This document shows, one piece after another, positions 1 through 13,926 of a stretch of DNA of 64,000 nt. Origin of the DNA: Octopus sinensis (taxonomy: Eukaryota). Numbering within the stretch: position 1 is the stretch's first letter; each line of letters begins with the position of its first letter. Where the stretch lies: the NCBI RefSeq assembly GCF_006345805.1, contig NC_042997.1, positions 47,120,001 through 47,184,000 on the forward strand, written 5' to 3'. The notes beneath the pieces are model-generated. The model was given only the letters and a program-made list of their open reading frames with translations. It made no database searches and had not been told where the DNA came from. A program made the position numbers and the translations under genes.

Positions 1-89
1 TACATACGTAGATATAAACATGCATGCATAAATACATGGATATGTAATTCGTTAAGATGATACTAAAAGTAACAAGAAGCGTGGACTTG

Positions 90-720
90 CAGTTGATAAA
101 TCACCTTACTTTCCAAGGGCAATTCTTTTGCAATTCAAGAACAGGAAATTTCAAACAACTCGCTAATGAAAAAAGTGAAACACTTAAGACCTAGTGACGT
201 GACAGAAATGACAATTATGTCCCTTGGAAAATGCTATATTTGTGACCATCAAAATGTCAGTAAAGTACAAACTCTAATTACTCTATAACAGTGATGCAAA
301 AAGATATATAATGTCATCCATAGAGAAGACTTTTCTTAGGTAAATGTAGACAGAATCTCTGTAATTGAATACGTACACACGTATCATTACAAGGTTAGCT
401 GGTGGTAGTTATCTTGCGCTATGTGCCTATCATAGTTGTTTGTGATTACAGGAAGTGATGCATAGTTATAAAGATCAGCTACCCTGGAGATATTAACATT
501 TCTTTCAAAGTTAGTTAGAAAAACATATTTATAGCGGCTGGTTCGATACCTAGAGCTTTGCTCTGTTTTAAAATTCAAATTGAGTCCAATAATTTCTGGT
601 ACACTTAAATGTTTCAATGGGAGTCTGAAAAAGATAGAGTAAAGAAGGACAGGAAGTGACCAGCTAAAAGATATTTTGTAAATACAATTTTTTAACGGAA
701 CTGTATAAATATTCAATTTT
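90..720 (+). mobile_element. Degenerate RLE-type (R4/Dong-like) LINE, C-terminal zinc-knuckle/endonuclease fragment
   Basis: Frameshifted translation gives FAIQEQEI (~136-160), KCYICDH and CIVIKISYPGDINISFKVS..KFKLSPIISGTL, which match the A(I/A)QEQ, CxxC and RLE C-terminal motifs of this LINE type; many stops. Confidence 0.55.
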
Positions 721-759
721 TTTTTTTAAGAACATTAACAGTTAACGTTTTTGTTATCT

Positions 760-1243
760 AAATCCCAGTGCTGATACATTGTTAGACTTAACTCCTTTCT
801 TAAAAGAAAAATTCAAAACATTAGCAAGAAAGACATTTAAATACATACATTCAGACATGATCACTCGAGGTACAGATTTGCACGAGTGGCCTGGGGGACT
901 GTTATTTGAAATTGCAATGAATATCAGCGCCAACATTAATGTCACAACTGTCAGCTTTGTTAAATAAATGGTTATTCTTCTGATCACAGTCATCAAAGAA
1001 ACCTTTTATTCAAGATCTTACAGATACTCGTCTTAAAACTGAATTAACCAAGCAGAAAATCACTACAAATAACATGGCTGGACACGACATCAACAACGTT
1101 GGTGAAGAACCAAAGAAAAGTAACATCGAAAATGGTAAACAGAATTTTGTTAGTCGCAATTATACGAAAAAACAAAAATTCTAAAGGACATTTTTCATGG
1201 AGTTATGAAATCAATAATGACTGACGTCACTGGAATATAATTG

Positions 1244-1277
<34 letters not shown>

Positions 1278-2510
1278 CGTGATGCATATATGTAACTCGC
1301 TCTGAGATTTATCATTATATAAATATATATATACATATACATATAAAACGATACACATACACCCATATAAACACATACACACACTAATGTATATAAATAT
1401 ACATATCTGTTTATGACTATACGGATAAAAGAAAGATAAAGTGGAACAGAGTTAAATTATTTTATGATGAAATAATTACTACTGCCCGCAGAATTTATTA
1501 AATTTAAAGGGTTGTTGGCAGTAATTTTATTCTCAATACGTACGCAGTGTATAAATAGGAGTATGCAAACTTATTCCTTGAAAGGAAATATCTGCAGTAC
1601 GTTGCAAAGGATCTAATTTCAGTCATTCCCTTAAGCATAGGGAATATATTACTGACTTTTACCAACAAACTCGATGGAAATATAAATGTAGGAAACTGGA
1701 GTGCATTGGAAGAAACGGGTCTGGTGGGAAAGGAAGCTCCTGTCATTACAAATAAGCTGGCAGTCAATTCCATGTGAAATTAGTGTATAGATTGTATAGA
1801 GCCTGCATTTGTACTACAACAAAACATCAGATGGAAAACTCTGAGCTTATGAAAAGTATGTCATACATTGTTATGATTTCGGAAAGCTTCACATGGTCGG
1901 TAGCATAGATAACTAAAGTAGTCACTTTTGTACCATCGATCGGTATATGAGCTCCTGTTCTGAAGTGGATGCTTTTGCAGTCCATGAACATGAAAAAAAA
2001 AAAACCCATCAAAATACTGATACACAGTAGGTAAGAGACACAGACAAAAACATTCTGAGATGCAGAATTTGTGCAACTCTCAAGGTGTAACTTTTATCAT
2101 AGACAGAAAAGCTATCAATCTATGTGGAATTATGTTGTGACCGAGATATTAGATACACAAGCTGAATGTATATTCAAATTTAACATGAAGAAATATTGGT
2201 GGAATCTTCCCGTTAAAATCCCTGTAAAATATAAACTCAGCAAAGTAGTTATAATAATCAAGAATAATGAAAAAGAACCATGTACGGTGTAGCTGCTCAG
2301 TAGAAAAGGAAAATATCTTAGCTAAACTAAGAAAACTGTTGATATTCTAACTGGATTATAACTTTAAATAGATACTTGCGAATATAGAAGTTGGTTATGC
2401 AACAAACTGACACTGTACCAAAATTGAGAAGTTGTGCTTTACTAATAAGAAAACTACTGTTAAATGTCATTTACTATGAAAACATGAAAAACATTCCAGA
2501 ATTTCAGTTT
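760..2510 (+). mobile_element. Degenerate RLE-type (R4/Dong-like) LINE, RT to C-terminus, interrupted by (TA)n
   Basis: Remnant motifs in the expected order: KDIFHG (RGIFQG-like, ~1185), GSQFHVKLVYRLY (FHxxSDVDRLY-like, ~1760), SEVDAFAVHEHE..PSKY (~1960-2020), KYWWNLPVK..IIIKNNEKEPCTV (ORF 2071-2292), LLIRKLL..EF near 2440-2505. Confidence 0.5.
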
Positions 2511-2619
2511 GTTGGTTCATGTGCATACGTATATAAATGCAAACATGTTTTTGTGCACACACATAAATCTAATTACAGGGTTACGTATGCAATGGCACAT
2601 ATACTTTCCTGCGCAATTC

Positions 2620-3050
2620 ATACATACTTACATAAATACTTACCTACCTACATACATACATACATACGTACATACATATAAACATACAAAAATACATACA
2701 TACATACATACATACATACACATACATACATACATACATACATACATACATACATACATACAAATATACATACATAATTATGGAGTTGACGTTACTTAAA
2801 TTCCAAAGAAAGAGCCTTGTTTTTACTGGTTTGTAAGTCGACTATTTTTCTATTGAAGAGTTATTTTAAACTTAAAATCAGAACACATACGTAACATACA
2901 TACATACATACATACATACACACATACATACATACATACATACATACATACATACATACATACACACATACATACATACATACATACATACATACATACT
3001 ACATACATACATACATACATACATACATACATACATACATACATACATAC
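2620..3050. repeat. Two (TACA)n microsatellite tracts
   Basis: TACA runs at ~2620-2775 and ~2886-3050. Confidence 0.95.
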
Positions 3051-4309
3051 AGATAGAATCAATACTCTTGAGAGCCGCATGATATCACTTACAGAACAAA
3101 TAGTATGTGAAAAAAGTGAAATGAGCATATAATTCAATAACGAATTTTGAAAATAGATGAATGGTAATCCTAAATTGTCACTGACAATGTAAATCTTCCC
3201 CATGTGTATTAATGCTAGCAAAACTAATCCTTTTGAACAGAATCTTGAAGGAGAAATATTCATTATTATCAGAAAACATTTAAGAATCGGTACATAACAC
3301 GTAAGTTAGCTGGTTGGAACAACAGCGACAGAGATAGTAACCTGTCCTGAATCTGTGATATATCTACCTAGAAGGATAAGCTTTTGCTATTCAGGGACAG
3401 GATATTGCTACTAAATATTTGCCCAGATGAGAGCGAGAGAGAGAGATGCACAGAGAGGTGGAGGAAGAGACAGAGGCAGAGAGAGGAAGGGAGAGGATGA
3501 TGCCACTAAACGCACTCAATCAAACCAAGTGCCTGCATAGAAGTATCAGCATAATATTAAGATATGCTAAACATCGCAGTCACATCTTTCTCAGATAACA
3601 CCATAACGTACGTAAAATGTGAGTTCGTATTGAATAAGGTTGTCTGGGGTATATTTTACCGGAGAAGACTGGATGATTATGGCTTCAGTGCCCTTAATCG
3701 TAGACCAGTTTTGTTATTTCTTCTGTTTAGAAAAGAAAGCTTTATGTGTCTTTGAAATTTAAGACTTTCTTCTACTAGATCCATAGCCGAACAAATATTT
3801 ACAGGAGAGTCGTTTAAATTGATTGATGTTTTACAAGTCGTTGTTTGTCATCGCTTGAAGGATGAAAGGCAAAGTTAACTTCTCTGTAATTTAACATAGA
3901 ACATCTTGGTGAACGAGGCTAAATAGTAATTGTATGTAATGCTTTCATTCAAGAACAAGAGGTGAATATATTACACAATAAGCTCCTATTTGTGTTTGAA
4001 CATAGAGTGATAAATACGAGGCTATTGCATTCCTGTCGTCCCTAATATAATATGTGATGTAAGTAAAATATGCTCCTATATTGAACTTAGCGCACATACA
4101 ATGTCACTCAGCACGCCTATAACTATTACAACATTGTTGACATCATTTAGTTATTTATATTTTGTCAGATTTATTATCTTATATTATACATATAGGTTAT
4201 GAACTGAGCAAATGTGAGGAACTGAGTCTATCGGCGTCTACTATTATCAAATTAGAAAGGACAGTGAACAGTCAAACAACTAGATCTCCGAGCACACTAT
4301 TACTGTGGT

Positions 4310-4487
4310 CCGTTACGTTCTGAGTTCAAATTCCGCCGAAGTCGACTTTGCCTTTCATCCTGTCGGGGTTGATGAAATAAATACCAGTTACGCACTGGGG
4401 TCGATATAATCGACTTAATCCGTTTGTCTGTCCTTGTTTGTCCTCTCTGTGTTTAGCCCCTTTTGGGTTGTAAAGAAATAGGTATTT
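4310..4487 (+). mobile_element. tRNA-derived SINE family A, one body unit without the head
   Basis: GAGTTCAAATTCC B-box, GCCTTTCATCC core and tail ending AAAGAAATAGGTATTT; reverse complement of the copy at 62060-62371. Confidence 0.85.
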
Positions 4488-5851
4488 AGTAAAATTTCGT
4501 TATGTACTAAGTTAAAATATCACCCTTGTCCACTGTACAATTTACCACTCCGTGATCGATAAAAAAAATATTATCAGTAATACCAGTCATATAATGCACT
4601 TGTTTTAATCAGCTCAATCTTTCGATTGCTAGTTGTCTTTTTACCAAGATTTGTGATCTGGTACCATTATTAAAATTTAGTAATATAAATCAAACACGTT
4701 TGTCAAGGGGACATTCACCATTCCGTTTGTGGAGAATGTTTTAGTTTGATTCATATTCTTTTTTACATCTCACCCTTTTCCTCTCTTCTTTTTTCTTTTC
4801 CTTCATTTCTTTCTTTTCTTTTTCTTTCTTTATTCACCCCTCTCTCTCTCCTTTCTTTTTAATTTCTTTCTGTTTCCTTCTCTGATTACTTCTTGCTGTC
4901 GAATTGTAATCTTGCGAGACAAAAAATAAAATTGTTGTGGCATGTGAATATTCTATAAGTAAAGAAAAACTAAAGAACGTATAGAATATTGTCGCCAAAG
5001 TGTATTGTCTCTTCTCATAGCTAATCATTATCAGAAACCAGTTGTTAGCAAATAGTTGTTTTCTTCAAATATCTAAACTCCAAGCGTTGCACATTAGTGG
5101 TATGTCTCGAGAGACTTGCGTGAGCGACGAAGTTTTGAATCACGGCTGAAACATTTCAATTCACATCTCTCATCTCAAGTTTCTGTTCACAGTATATCTA
5201 ACTGAAAAATAAAACTACTCTGACAAACTAGTTAACCATCGACATACTCCATGGAGACGAAGCTCTTTTCAACATGTGACCTGACGCCCCATTATATATT
5301 AAAAGAGATGATCATATCTAAAGGTTTATGTTCAATTCGACGTGAACATAGAGTAAATGGGAAGTAGAATAGAAGCAGAATATTTACTTGATATATTGAT
5401 TTAGACTTGTAAACATAAAGAAGCACGGCATTCTCTATACTAGGAAGTAAGGAAAAAAGAGAAAACATTACTGTACTGGTAGCGCCGCCTAGGGTGGTAT
5501 TTAGTTGATGACTTGAAGATGAAACCTCGTGCCTACAATTATTTCTTACATAGGATATGATTTGGACATATTGGTGTTACTAAGTTTAGTTAGAAAAAAA
5601 AAATTGGAGATGAAATAGTGAAAATTTGACGTTTTCTTGCCTTTCGAAATAGTATTAGATATGTAAATGAAATAGAATAGCTTCAGTCGTTATCGAATCC
5701 AATAAACACCATCTCACACATCACACATTTTCATTAAATAATATTGACTTCTTTTGAGAATGAGAACTATGAAGAAAAATCTAATATCCTGGCTTGCAGA
5801 ATTTACTGCGCTGTTTCAATTTACTGTTGAAGTCAGTTGAATTCAATTACA

Positions 5852-5928
5852 CCCTTTCGAAATATATGCATGACTAGTTAGAAAGCAAAAAACTATTTCT
5901 TTAATATAAAGTAATAATATCGAAAGGG
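5852..5928. mobile_element. Possible piggyBac-type MITE remnant
   Basis: 9-bp terminal inverted repeat CCCTTTCGA / TCGAAAGGG; TTAA flanks not preserved. Confidence 0.3.
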
Positions 5929-6772
5929 GTTGAGATAGAAGATGTTTCGGCATTCGTGTTTCTTTTAGGCGAAAACATTTACAATGTAAATGATATGAAC
6001 GTAAAATAAATTTTGAGAATGAAACAAGATCCTAAAGATATTTCTTTCCTATTTGTTATTCAGGCTTTATATTATTGTTTTTACGAAATGAAAGAATAGT
6101 AAGTTTACAAATTCATAACATTTCTACTACTTCATGTTCGCTACTGTTGCAAACCTTATTGCTTACTGTACACAGAACAACGCAAATATCATATTTTGTG
6201 AAGACTGACAAATTAGCAAGAGTGTGTGTGTGGTTATATATATTGTATCATATTTCTATCTCGGGTTATCATCTTGACACTACAAATATCAGAACCGGTT
6301 CTATATCACTTATTACCATTACTTGTCAACAAGTGAACGTTTTAACCAATTAGTTAATGGAGTCCTTAATTGATTTTTTGCTAAATCAATCAAGTAGTCG
6401 ATTTGTTCGAATGAAAATTTTCTAGCTCTTCATCCACAATGATGTGCTCGCCCTCATTTGCCCGTGTCTTTCAGTGACACATATTTGATAGAATTTGTCG
6501 CTGAATGGAGCACTACCACGACTTCTTTGACTGGCGCTGTGGGTTGTTCAAGTCCTGCCATATATATTTTTCTCTGATAATACAGCGTACGAAGATTTGT
6601 TAAACTGCATCAACGTATTCATAACGTGGCAAAATAATATTATAGATAGATAATGATTAGAAAGTGTTTATTTCTAGCTATAAAGTAAAAGATAATATAT
6701 AACGATTCTGAAGGTGATATGCATATAACAAAAATATATAGTTTTAAAAAAATGTTCTCTACTAATATTTTC

Positions 6773-6844
6773 AGTCGCCCCTTCAGGACTATCTATGAAT
6801 TAGAATAAAGTCGCCTCTTCAGAACACCTCAAGAATCAGAATAA
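6773..6844. repeat. Imperfect 36-bp tandem duplication
   Basis: AGTCGCCCCTTCAGGACTATCTATGAATTAGAATAA followed by AGTCGCCTCTTCAGAACACCTCAAGAATCAGAATAA. Confidence 0.7.
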
Positions 6845-7944
6845 ATTCAGAATTTAGAAAAATAAATAAGGTAGAGAAATTTTGTATTTGATGTTTTTAC
6901 GATAAAGTCCAAATATCCAATAGTATTCAAAAACCAGCAATGGAATTGCCAATGAAGTTATTCATTAGAAATAGCAATTTATACTATTGATATATGCTAT
7001 ACATTATGAAAGAAGATTGTAGTAATTTTAATCAACTTCAGTAGTTCACTGAAACTTTGTTGCCGACACCGGAAGAATTCATAGAAATCATCAGTTGTTT
7101 GTCTGAAAATTGTAGTATAAAAAGAATAAAATTATTTTATGTTCTCAAAAGACAATATGGCTGAATTAAATCTAGCAGCTAGTTAAACATACACATTTTA
7201 AAAAATACATATAAATTGTTTTACAAAAATGCCTGTTTGCATATTACCACTCATCTTTTATTGCTTCAGAAATATCAAATAAAAGAAATAAACATTTTTT
7301 CCCGGGGAAATGTGTTTTTAAACCACCAATGAATATTCAAAACAAAATATTTGGCATTCGTCCCGACAAAATATCGATAATTATTCCTGAATATATAATA
7401 GCATTAAATTAGTTCAATGATGAAAACAAAGACTTAACTTTCGTACTCTACTGATAATGTCTTCATAAATATAGCAAGTCTACTTTGGACTAAAAGAAAG
7501 CTCTTACTGTTGAATGATAGTTTGGCAAGGTAGTAAACTCTGCTAATTTGAATTGTAAATTCTTCTAGAAATACCTGAAAATTTACATATTTAGAAGTTA
7601 AAAACAAATGTTTTTACATAATTTGCGTCTAATACTATAAACCAAAAGACAACTAAATCAATGATTTAATATTTGTGAGCATAAATTACAGGAATAAATT
7701 GCAATGATGTTATATGGCACACATTTACAATTGGGCTTTCGATTTTTAAAGACAATGGGAACTAGAGAAAGTAAACTTATTTTGTTTCGTCCTGTACTGA
7801 AGTACTTTAGATATGTTGAAGGTACTGAGATTGTTTCAGGTTCCTATTACCATTTAGTTACTTATCAGAGGAGCAGGAAAATGTGTTTACGACAACTGAT
7901 GGCAACGTGTTAAGGTTGTCTCTACAGATATTCTATCCTAGACC

Positions 7945-8339
7945 TCAAATTTAAACAAACAATGAGATTGAAGATGAAAAACAAAAAGAGAAATGGGCAT
8001 ACATGCCATATTTCGGGAGTTATTGCTCCTTCGTCAGTACTCATATAAGCCCTTAATTATCCTCGAACACCTTGTTTAAATATCCACAGAGGTGTGACGT
8101 TATTGGATATACCAAATTTACCTATTCAACACCTGGAATCTGGTACGTAAATATGAATGACTTGTAAGGGCGCAGCATTTCGTTTTACAACCACAATGTA
8201 CTATAAAGTATATTAAATGTTTTGATCAGTGTGTACGCTTCACAAAACTTGTTAAAGTTATCTCTACATATATTCTATAGAAATATGGCATATGCACCCA
8301 TTCCCTTTTTTCAGCTTCGATTTCATTGTTTACATTTGA
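7945..8339. mobile_element. Penelope-like pseudo-LTR remnant with an inverted partial copy
   Basis: 7945-8014 is an imperfect inverted repeat of 8280-8339 and overlaps a hammerhead motif on the minus strand. Confidence 0.6.
7995..8042 (-). ncRNA. Minimal type I hammerhead ribozyme motif
   Basis: Minus strand reads GAGTA-CTGACGA-AGGAG caataa CTCCC-GAAA-TATGGCATG-TA-TGCCC: canonical CUGANGA and GAAA boxes, stem II, short stem III, GUA site, imperfect stem I. Confidence 0.7.
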
Positions 8340-9589
8340 CACCTCGGATATGAAATATGGTAACAAAAAATCAGTACTGGCTATAATTATTATAGAATAT
8401 CTGTAGAGATAACCATAGCAAGTGATGTAAAGTGCACAGCTAACACAGTAGAACACGGTATTGACTAATAAAAACGTTTGATATACTTTATAGCTTATCA
8501 TGGTTGCATAACGAAATACAGCATCCCTACAAGTCATTAATAGTTGACGGTAAAATATATAGTTTGAACACTGGTAAGTTGCTATCTACGAAACAAATGT
8601 AAGTGTGGGATGAAAATTCTGAATAGTTACAGCTCATGGTTGGAAGGAAATGTTTAGTGCAGTAATTGCAGGTTGAAATATATTAGTTATGAACATAAGA
8701 CGATGTAGTTATCAGATGGATTTGGATGGAGAGAATATGCATATAACTACTTCAGTGAAACAGAGGCCGTTGTAGTATTACTAGAGTAGAAAGAGAGACA
8801 AAACAATGAGTTTGTGGACAAATGGTTGCTATATTTTTGGTAGTAATTACTTGAAAGATTCTTTTGAAAGGAGAGCTTTTGTGTGCTTTTTACTATTCAT
8901 TATTTACTTTGAGGAGAGAGGGCAACATCAATGTCTCTCTCTCTCTCCGGACGACCAAGATTGGTGGAATGAAAAGAAGTTGTTCTATGACCGAATGCTT
9001 GCACCAGAATTCACTTCATTAACATCACTCGTGAGCGAGGTAGCGTTCGTTAGAATATGTCAACTGCCCGAGAACAGAAACGGTATTCTGTCCTATTCCA
9101 CATAGTTTCTGTTCACAAAATTTAATTCACGTGTCATTAGTGTATCCCAAAAGTATTACAGAAGGTAGTTGCATAAAGCGACCGCATGGAAATAAATGGA
9201 GAAACTTGTAGTAATTATGAAGATAATTATTAGCCCTGCCATCACTTCGGCACCTTGTTTACATGTATAACAGCAACATACCTCAGATTATATAAGCAAT
9301 ATTCAGTTAATGGTTAGGATTCATTTTATAAGCTAGCCATTCGTGTCCATCAGAGTCACCTGGCCTTGTGTTTGTGTCGACGTTCAGTGTTTTAATTCTA
9401 TATTATTCATGTATAGGGTCAGGTAGAACGTTTTGATATAAATAGCTTCTGTGTGATTGTAGTATTGAAGAAAACTAGGTTGCCATTGATCTCATTGAAA
9501 GATTCTTTCGAAATTTTCTGTTAAGAGAAGATGAGCAGGACAGGTATCGAATAACGGCAGCATGGAAAAGTTTCACACAATAGTTGTAT

Positions 9590-9590
<1 letters not shown>

Positions 9591-9676
<86 letters not shown>
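9591..9676. repeat. (TG)n microsatellite
   Basis: Pure TG run. Confidence 0.98.
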
Positions 9677-9681
<5 letters not shown>

Positions 9682-9962
9682 AAAGTGTCAACAACTTGGT
9701 CACTATTGTACATCAGATGGCGTGTGAAGGACGTGTACAATGTAAAGTTGGACACAACTCTGTTGCTTTAATCAGTATGAATGGTATCGGTTAAAATATT
9801 TGTGATTAATGGTGGGTTCCACATTTCGAATTTCAAATAAAAACTAAGACCTCTCTGCTAAAGATTCTCCATCTATATAAAAAGCATGAAATTTAAACCA
9901 CCCTTTATAAAGAAAAAAAAATTGTTTCTTTCTTAGACACACTTCTATATATAGTTCCTAAG

Positions 9963-10330
9963 TGGAGGCGCAATGGTCCAGTGGTTAGGGCAGCGGGAAC
10001 GCAGTCATAAGAGCGTGCTTTCGGTTCCCAGACCGGGCGTTGTGAGTGTTTATTGAGCGAAATCACTTAAAGCTTTACAAGGCTCCCTCTGGGGTTGGTG
10101 GCGAACTCTCTGTGCTCTTTCACCCAAATTTTTCTTACTCTTTCTTCCTGCTTCTGTTGTACCTGTATTTCAAAGGGCCAGCCTTGTCACACTCTGTGTC
10201 ACGCTGAAACTTCCTGAGAACTACGTTAAAGGTACACGGGTCTGTGGACTGCTCAGCCTCTTGCACGTTAATTTCACGAGCAGGCTGTTCTGTTGATTGG
10301 GTCAGCTGGAACCCTCGTCATAACCGACGG
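9963..10330 (+). mobile_element. tRNA-derived SINE family B (OR1/OR2-like), full length
   Basis: A-box TGGTCCAGTGG, degenerate B-box, body shared with the copies at 30702 and 52253; 10-bp direct repeat AGTTCCTAAG at 9953-9962 and 10331-10340. Confidence 0.9.
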
Positions 10331-10949
10331 AGTTCCTAAGCTATAATTATTCCCCAGTGGGTACACCTCCACCATGAAGAATGTATTTGTACGAGCTTAG
10401 AATCCATTTTTTTTTTCTCATTTGGACATTACAAAAAATTACCTCCATTTACTTTGACTAACATTTGCGTCTCTCTTCAGAATTTACTTATTTTCTGTAC
10501 TGGTATTCGATGAAATATTGAGGGAGTAGCTACACGTCTACTTGATCTAGAAATAGAAGTTAAATATCCAACAGATTATACCATACACTGGACAGTATTT
10601 CGCTACACTCTGGACAATTTTTGCTAGATATACAACTGTTCTCAGAAATCGTCCAAGTAACAGCAGTTGTTTAGCCATCTGTCGTGAGATTACATTTGAA
10701 AATATGTAACATAATTTGTGTGCATTGACCTCCTGCCATAGAAACTCAATTATTATGAAGCGTCTGAGCAGCTTAGTCTCAAATATATGCTGACTCAGTC
10801 TCATAATCTATTTCTTATTCCTACATCCCACCTGTATTCAGTCATTGCACTCAGTACTCATCACTTTTTCCCCCACCTGCTGGTGTATTGCAGCAATGCA
10901 AGTCAATAATACAACACCTGAAGGAAGTTATACTTTATAGCATCAACTA

Positions 10950-11370
10950 CAAAAGCCTTTATCCATCACCAACACTATATAAAAACAACAACGAGCAAAG
11001 TAAGCTTTTGTGAACGACAGAACTTGCCAGATGTTCCTAATTTCAACAAAGCCACCAATGGCGTAACATGTACATTTCTAAAAAAGTCTTCAGTGGCAGC
11101 ATTCACCTGGTTGCCACTTATGAACCAACGTCTATTCATTTATGGAGGGCTTTGGCGCAATTAAAGAAACAGCAAAGAGCTAACACTGAAAGAAAAAAAA
11201 AGAAACTGCTTCGAGAAATTGCTATATAGGTTTTGCCAAACGGAATATCTGTATCCTTTATCTAATATACTACAAACGGCCACCTACATTATGAGTTGAA
11301 AATACATACTATTAGAAGGTATCTGACTGGAAGACTTTCATGCTTATTTTACTAAAAGACATCAGTGGCG
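10950..11370 (+). mobile_element. Very degenerate RTE-like LINE fragment
   Basis: Weak remnants of SSGKAPG..LFIYGG and NYRGISL-like motifs across frameshifts. Confidence 0.3.
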
Positions 11371-12429
11371 TAAGTAAAATAGTTTCGCTGAAGGAAAACT
11401 AAAAATTAAAGTAGATTTGCAAGCTCAGAATGATAGGAATTTGCCAGTGTTCTAAACAACTGACTAACATTTCTTCATATAAATCCTGTGATATTTTCTT
11501 CCGAAAATGAAATAAATCTTACTTGAAAGCCGTTTACTATGTTTCATTCATATTCAAGAAGTGAATAAAAACAGATTGTAGTATAATTCTTTCATTTCAA
11601 TTCCGATTTTAATACGAATCGTTCATTATCTTTGTCAGAAGAAGCCGCTGGATGATTTGATATCATCCATTTCTTAATGAAGGACAATGTTATTAATTTA
11701 AACTCTGTCACACCAATAATTATCTTAATATTAGAGACGGGTAATTAAATTATTATTCTGTCTGAACGTGATTTGTTCGCGGTGTTGCCATAAATCTGTG
11801 TTCATGAAAAATTATTCTGTTCAAAGTATTAGAGGCCAGAAATTGATTATTGGGGTCAGACAAATGATCCTCTTCATTCTCTGAACTATGTTTAAGAGAT
11901 CAAGGGTTGTAATAGAGGCTAAACTAACTATTTGTATCTCCTAAGGTATAATTACTCTATTCTAACAGAATCGTAATGACCGGGAAACGAATATTTCAAA
12001 ATAAGAGCTTAGTATGGGGGGGAGATTATATACCTTGTTAATCTATTTGCTGCGTCTTATTCAACGAATATCTGAACTCGCTCACTTCAACCGCGAATGA
12101 AATACACAAAGATCGACAAGATGATAAACTAACCAGAAATTAATGAAGCATTTGAAGATTTTCAAGGACTGTGATTAAATATTTGAGATATAGACAACCA
12201 GTTTCATATAAACACACGACCATGTAGATGCAAACGGACACACGGACATACATGCTCGTGCAAGCGCATATATAAACTACATTGGCACATAAATTTAAAT
12301 ATACAAGGGTATATACATATATATGTATATGCATATATGTATATAAATACATACATATATATACACATATTTAGATATATATATGCACACACACACGCAC
12401 ACACACAAACACACATATATATATACATA

Positions 12430-12779
12430 TGTATGTATGCATGTATGTATGCATGTATGTATGTATGTATGCATGTATGTATGTATGCATGTATGTATGT
12501 AAGTATGTATGTGTGTATGTATGTATGCATGTATGTATATATATAGGTATGTATGCATGTATGTATGCATGTATGTATGTATGTATGCATGTATGTATGT
12601 ATGTATGTATGTATGTATATATGTATGTATGTATGTATGTATGTGTGTATGTATGTATGTGTGTATGTATGTATGTATGTATGTATGTATGTATGTATGT
12701 ATGTATGTATGTATGTATGTATGTATGTATGTATGTATGTATGTATGCATGTATGTATGTATGTATGTATGTATGTATG

Positions 12780-12811
<32 letters not shown>

Positions 12812-12974
12812 CATGTATGTATGTATGTATGTATGTATGTATGTATGTATGTATGTATGTATGTATGTATGTATGTATGTATGTATGTATGTATGTATGT
12901 ATGTTGTATGCATGTATGTATGTATGTATGTATGTATGTATGCATGTATGTATGTATGTATGTATGTATGTATG

Positions 12975-13008
<34 letters not shown>

Positions 13009-13085
13009 TGTATGTATGTATGTATGCATGTATGTATGTATGTATGTATGTATGTATGTATGTATGTATGTATGTATGTATGTAT
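12430..13085. repeat. Long (TATG)n microsatellite with CATG/TATA variants
   Basis: About 650 bp of TATG units; source of the HTYI/CMYV pseudo-ORFs. Confidence 0.98.
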
Positions 13086-13110
13086 ACATGCATATATATA
13101 TATAAATAAC

Positions 13111-13440
13111 TTTTGTCTTTCACTTGTTTCAGTCATTGCACTGCGGTCGGGTTCGGATTCCAACTCGGAGGGGTTTACTCGAAGAAATTGACTCGTGTAC
13201 TTCAATTTTTAAACATGGTGCTCATTATATCGGTTCTTATGTCAAACGTCTAAGTTATGGGTATGTAAACAAACTACGATTGTAAAGCAGTTGTAGGTGT
13301 CTATCAAATCAACTCTTAAGGCTTTAGTCAGTCCAGGGTTATAGCAGCAGATTCTTGCCGAAGGTGCCACGCAGTGATACTACCCCCGGAAACATGGGGC
13401 TGGGAAACAAACCTCATATCATAGGGCCATACCTACATCT
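13111..13440 (-). mobile_element. SINE family C (OK-like), degenerate
   Basis: Matches the family C tail CTTGTTTCAGTCATT and head region AAGGTGCCACGCAGTG seen at 61065-61481. Confidence 0.7.
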
Positions 13441-13606
13441 ATATATGTATGTATGTGTATGTGTATATATATATATATTATATATATATACATATATATA
13501 TATAATGCATGTGTGTGTGTGTGAATGTATGTGTGTACATACACACACACTCACATATATTTACTTTTTGAGATAGATAGATAGACGGATAGACATGATA
13601 GACAAG

Positions 13607-13673
<67 letters not shown>

Positions 13674-13858
13674 ATATATATATGATTACTAAATGAAAAA
13701 GTATTTGAAAATATTTATATAGATATTATCTTTTAATTATTATCATTAGTAATATTGTCAGTGATTTGGTGTTTACTTTAGATAAATTTTCGACACTGAT
13801 TTTCATAGCAATGCTGGCATCGCGTGTGCCCAAATTTAATTATATACATACGTAATAC

Positions 13859-13890
<32 letters not shown>

Positions 13891-13926
13891 TATGTATATA
13901 TGTTGTATGTAGGTATATATATATAT

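Noticed and set aside
7508-7574. Minus-strand candidate exon VFLEEFTIQISRVYYLAKLSFN with good splice sites
   Set aside because: No recognisable homology, its phase-compatible partner at 21.6 kb is LINE-derived, and similar pseudo-exons arise by chance here (for example 109-161 inside a LINE).
12204-13205. Long HTYI/CMYV ORFs, also at 2.4-3.3, 17, 29, 40, 46, 49 and 61-62 kb
   Set aside because: They are translations of stop-free microsatellites.
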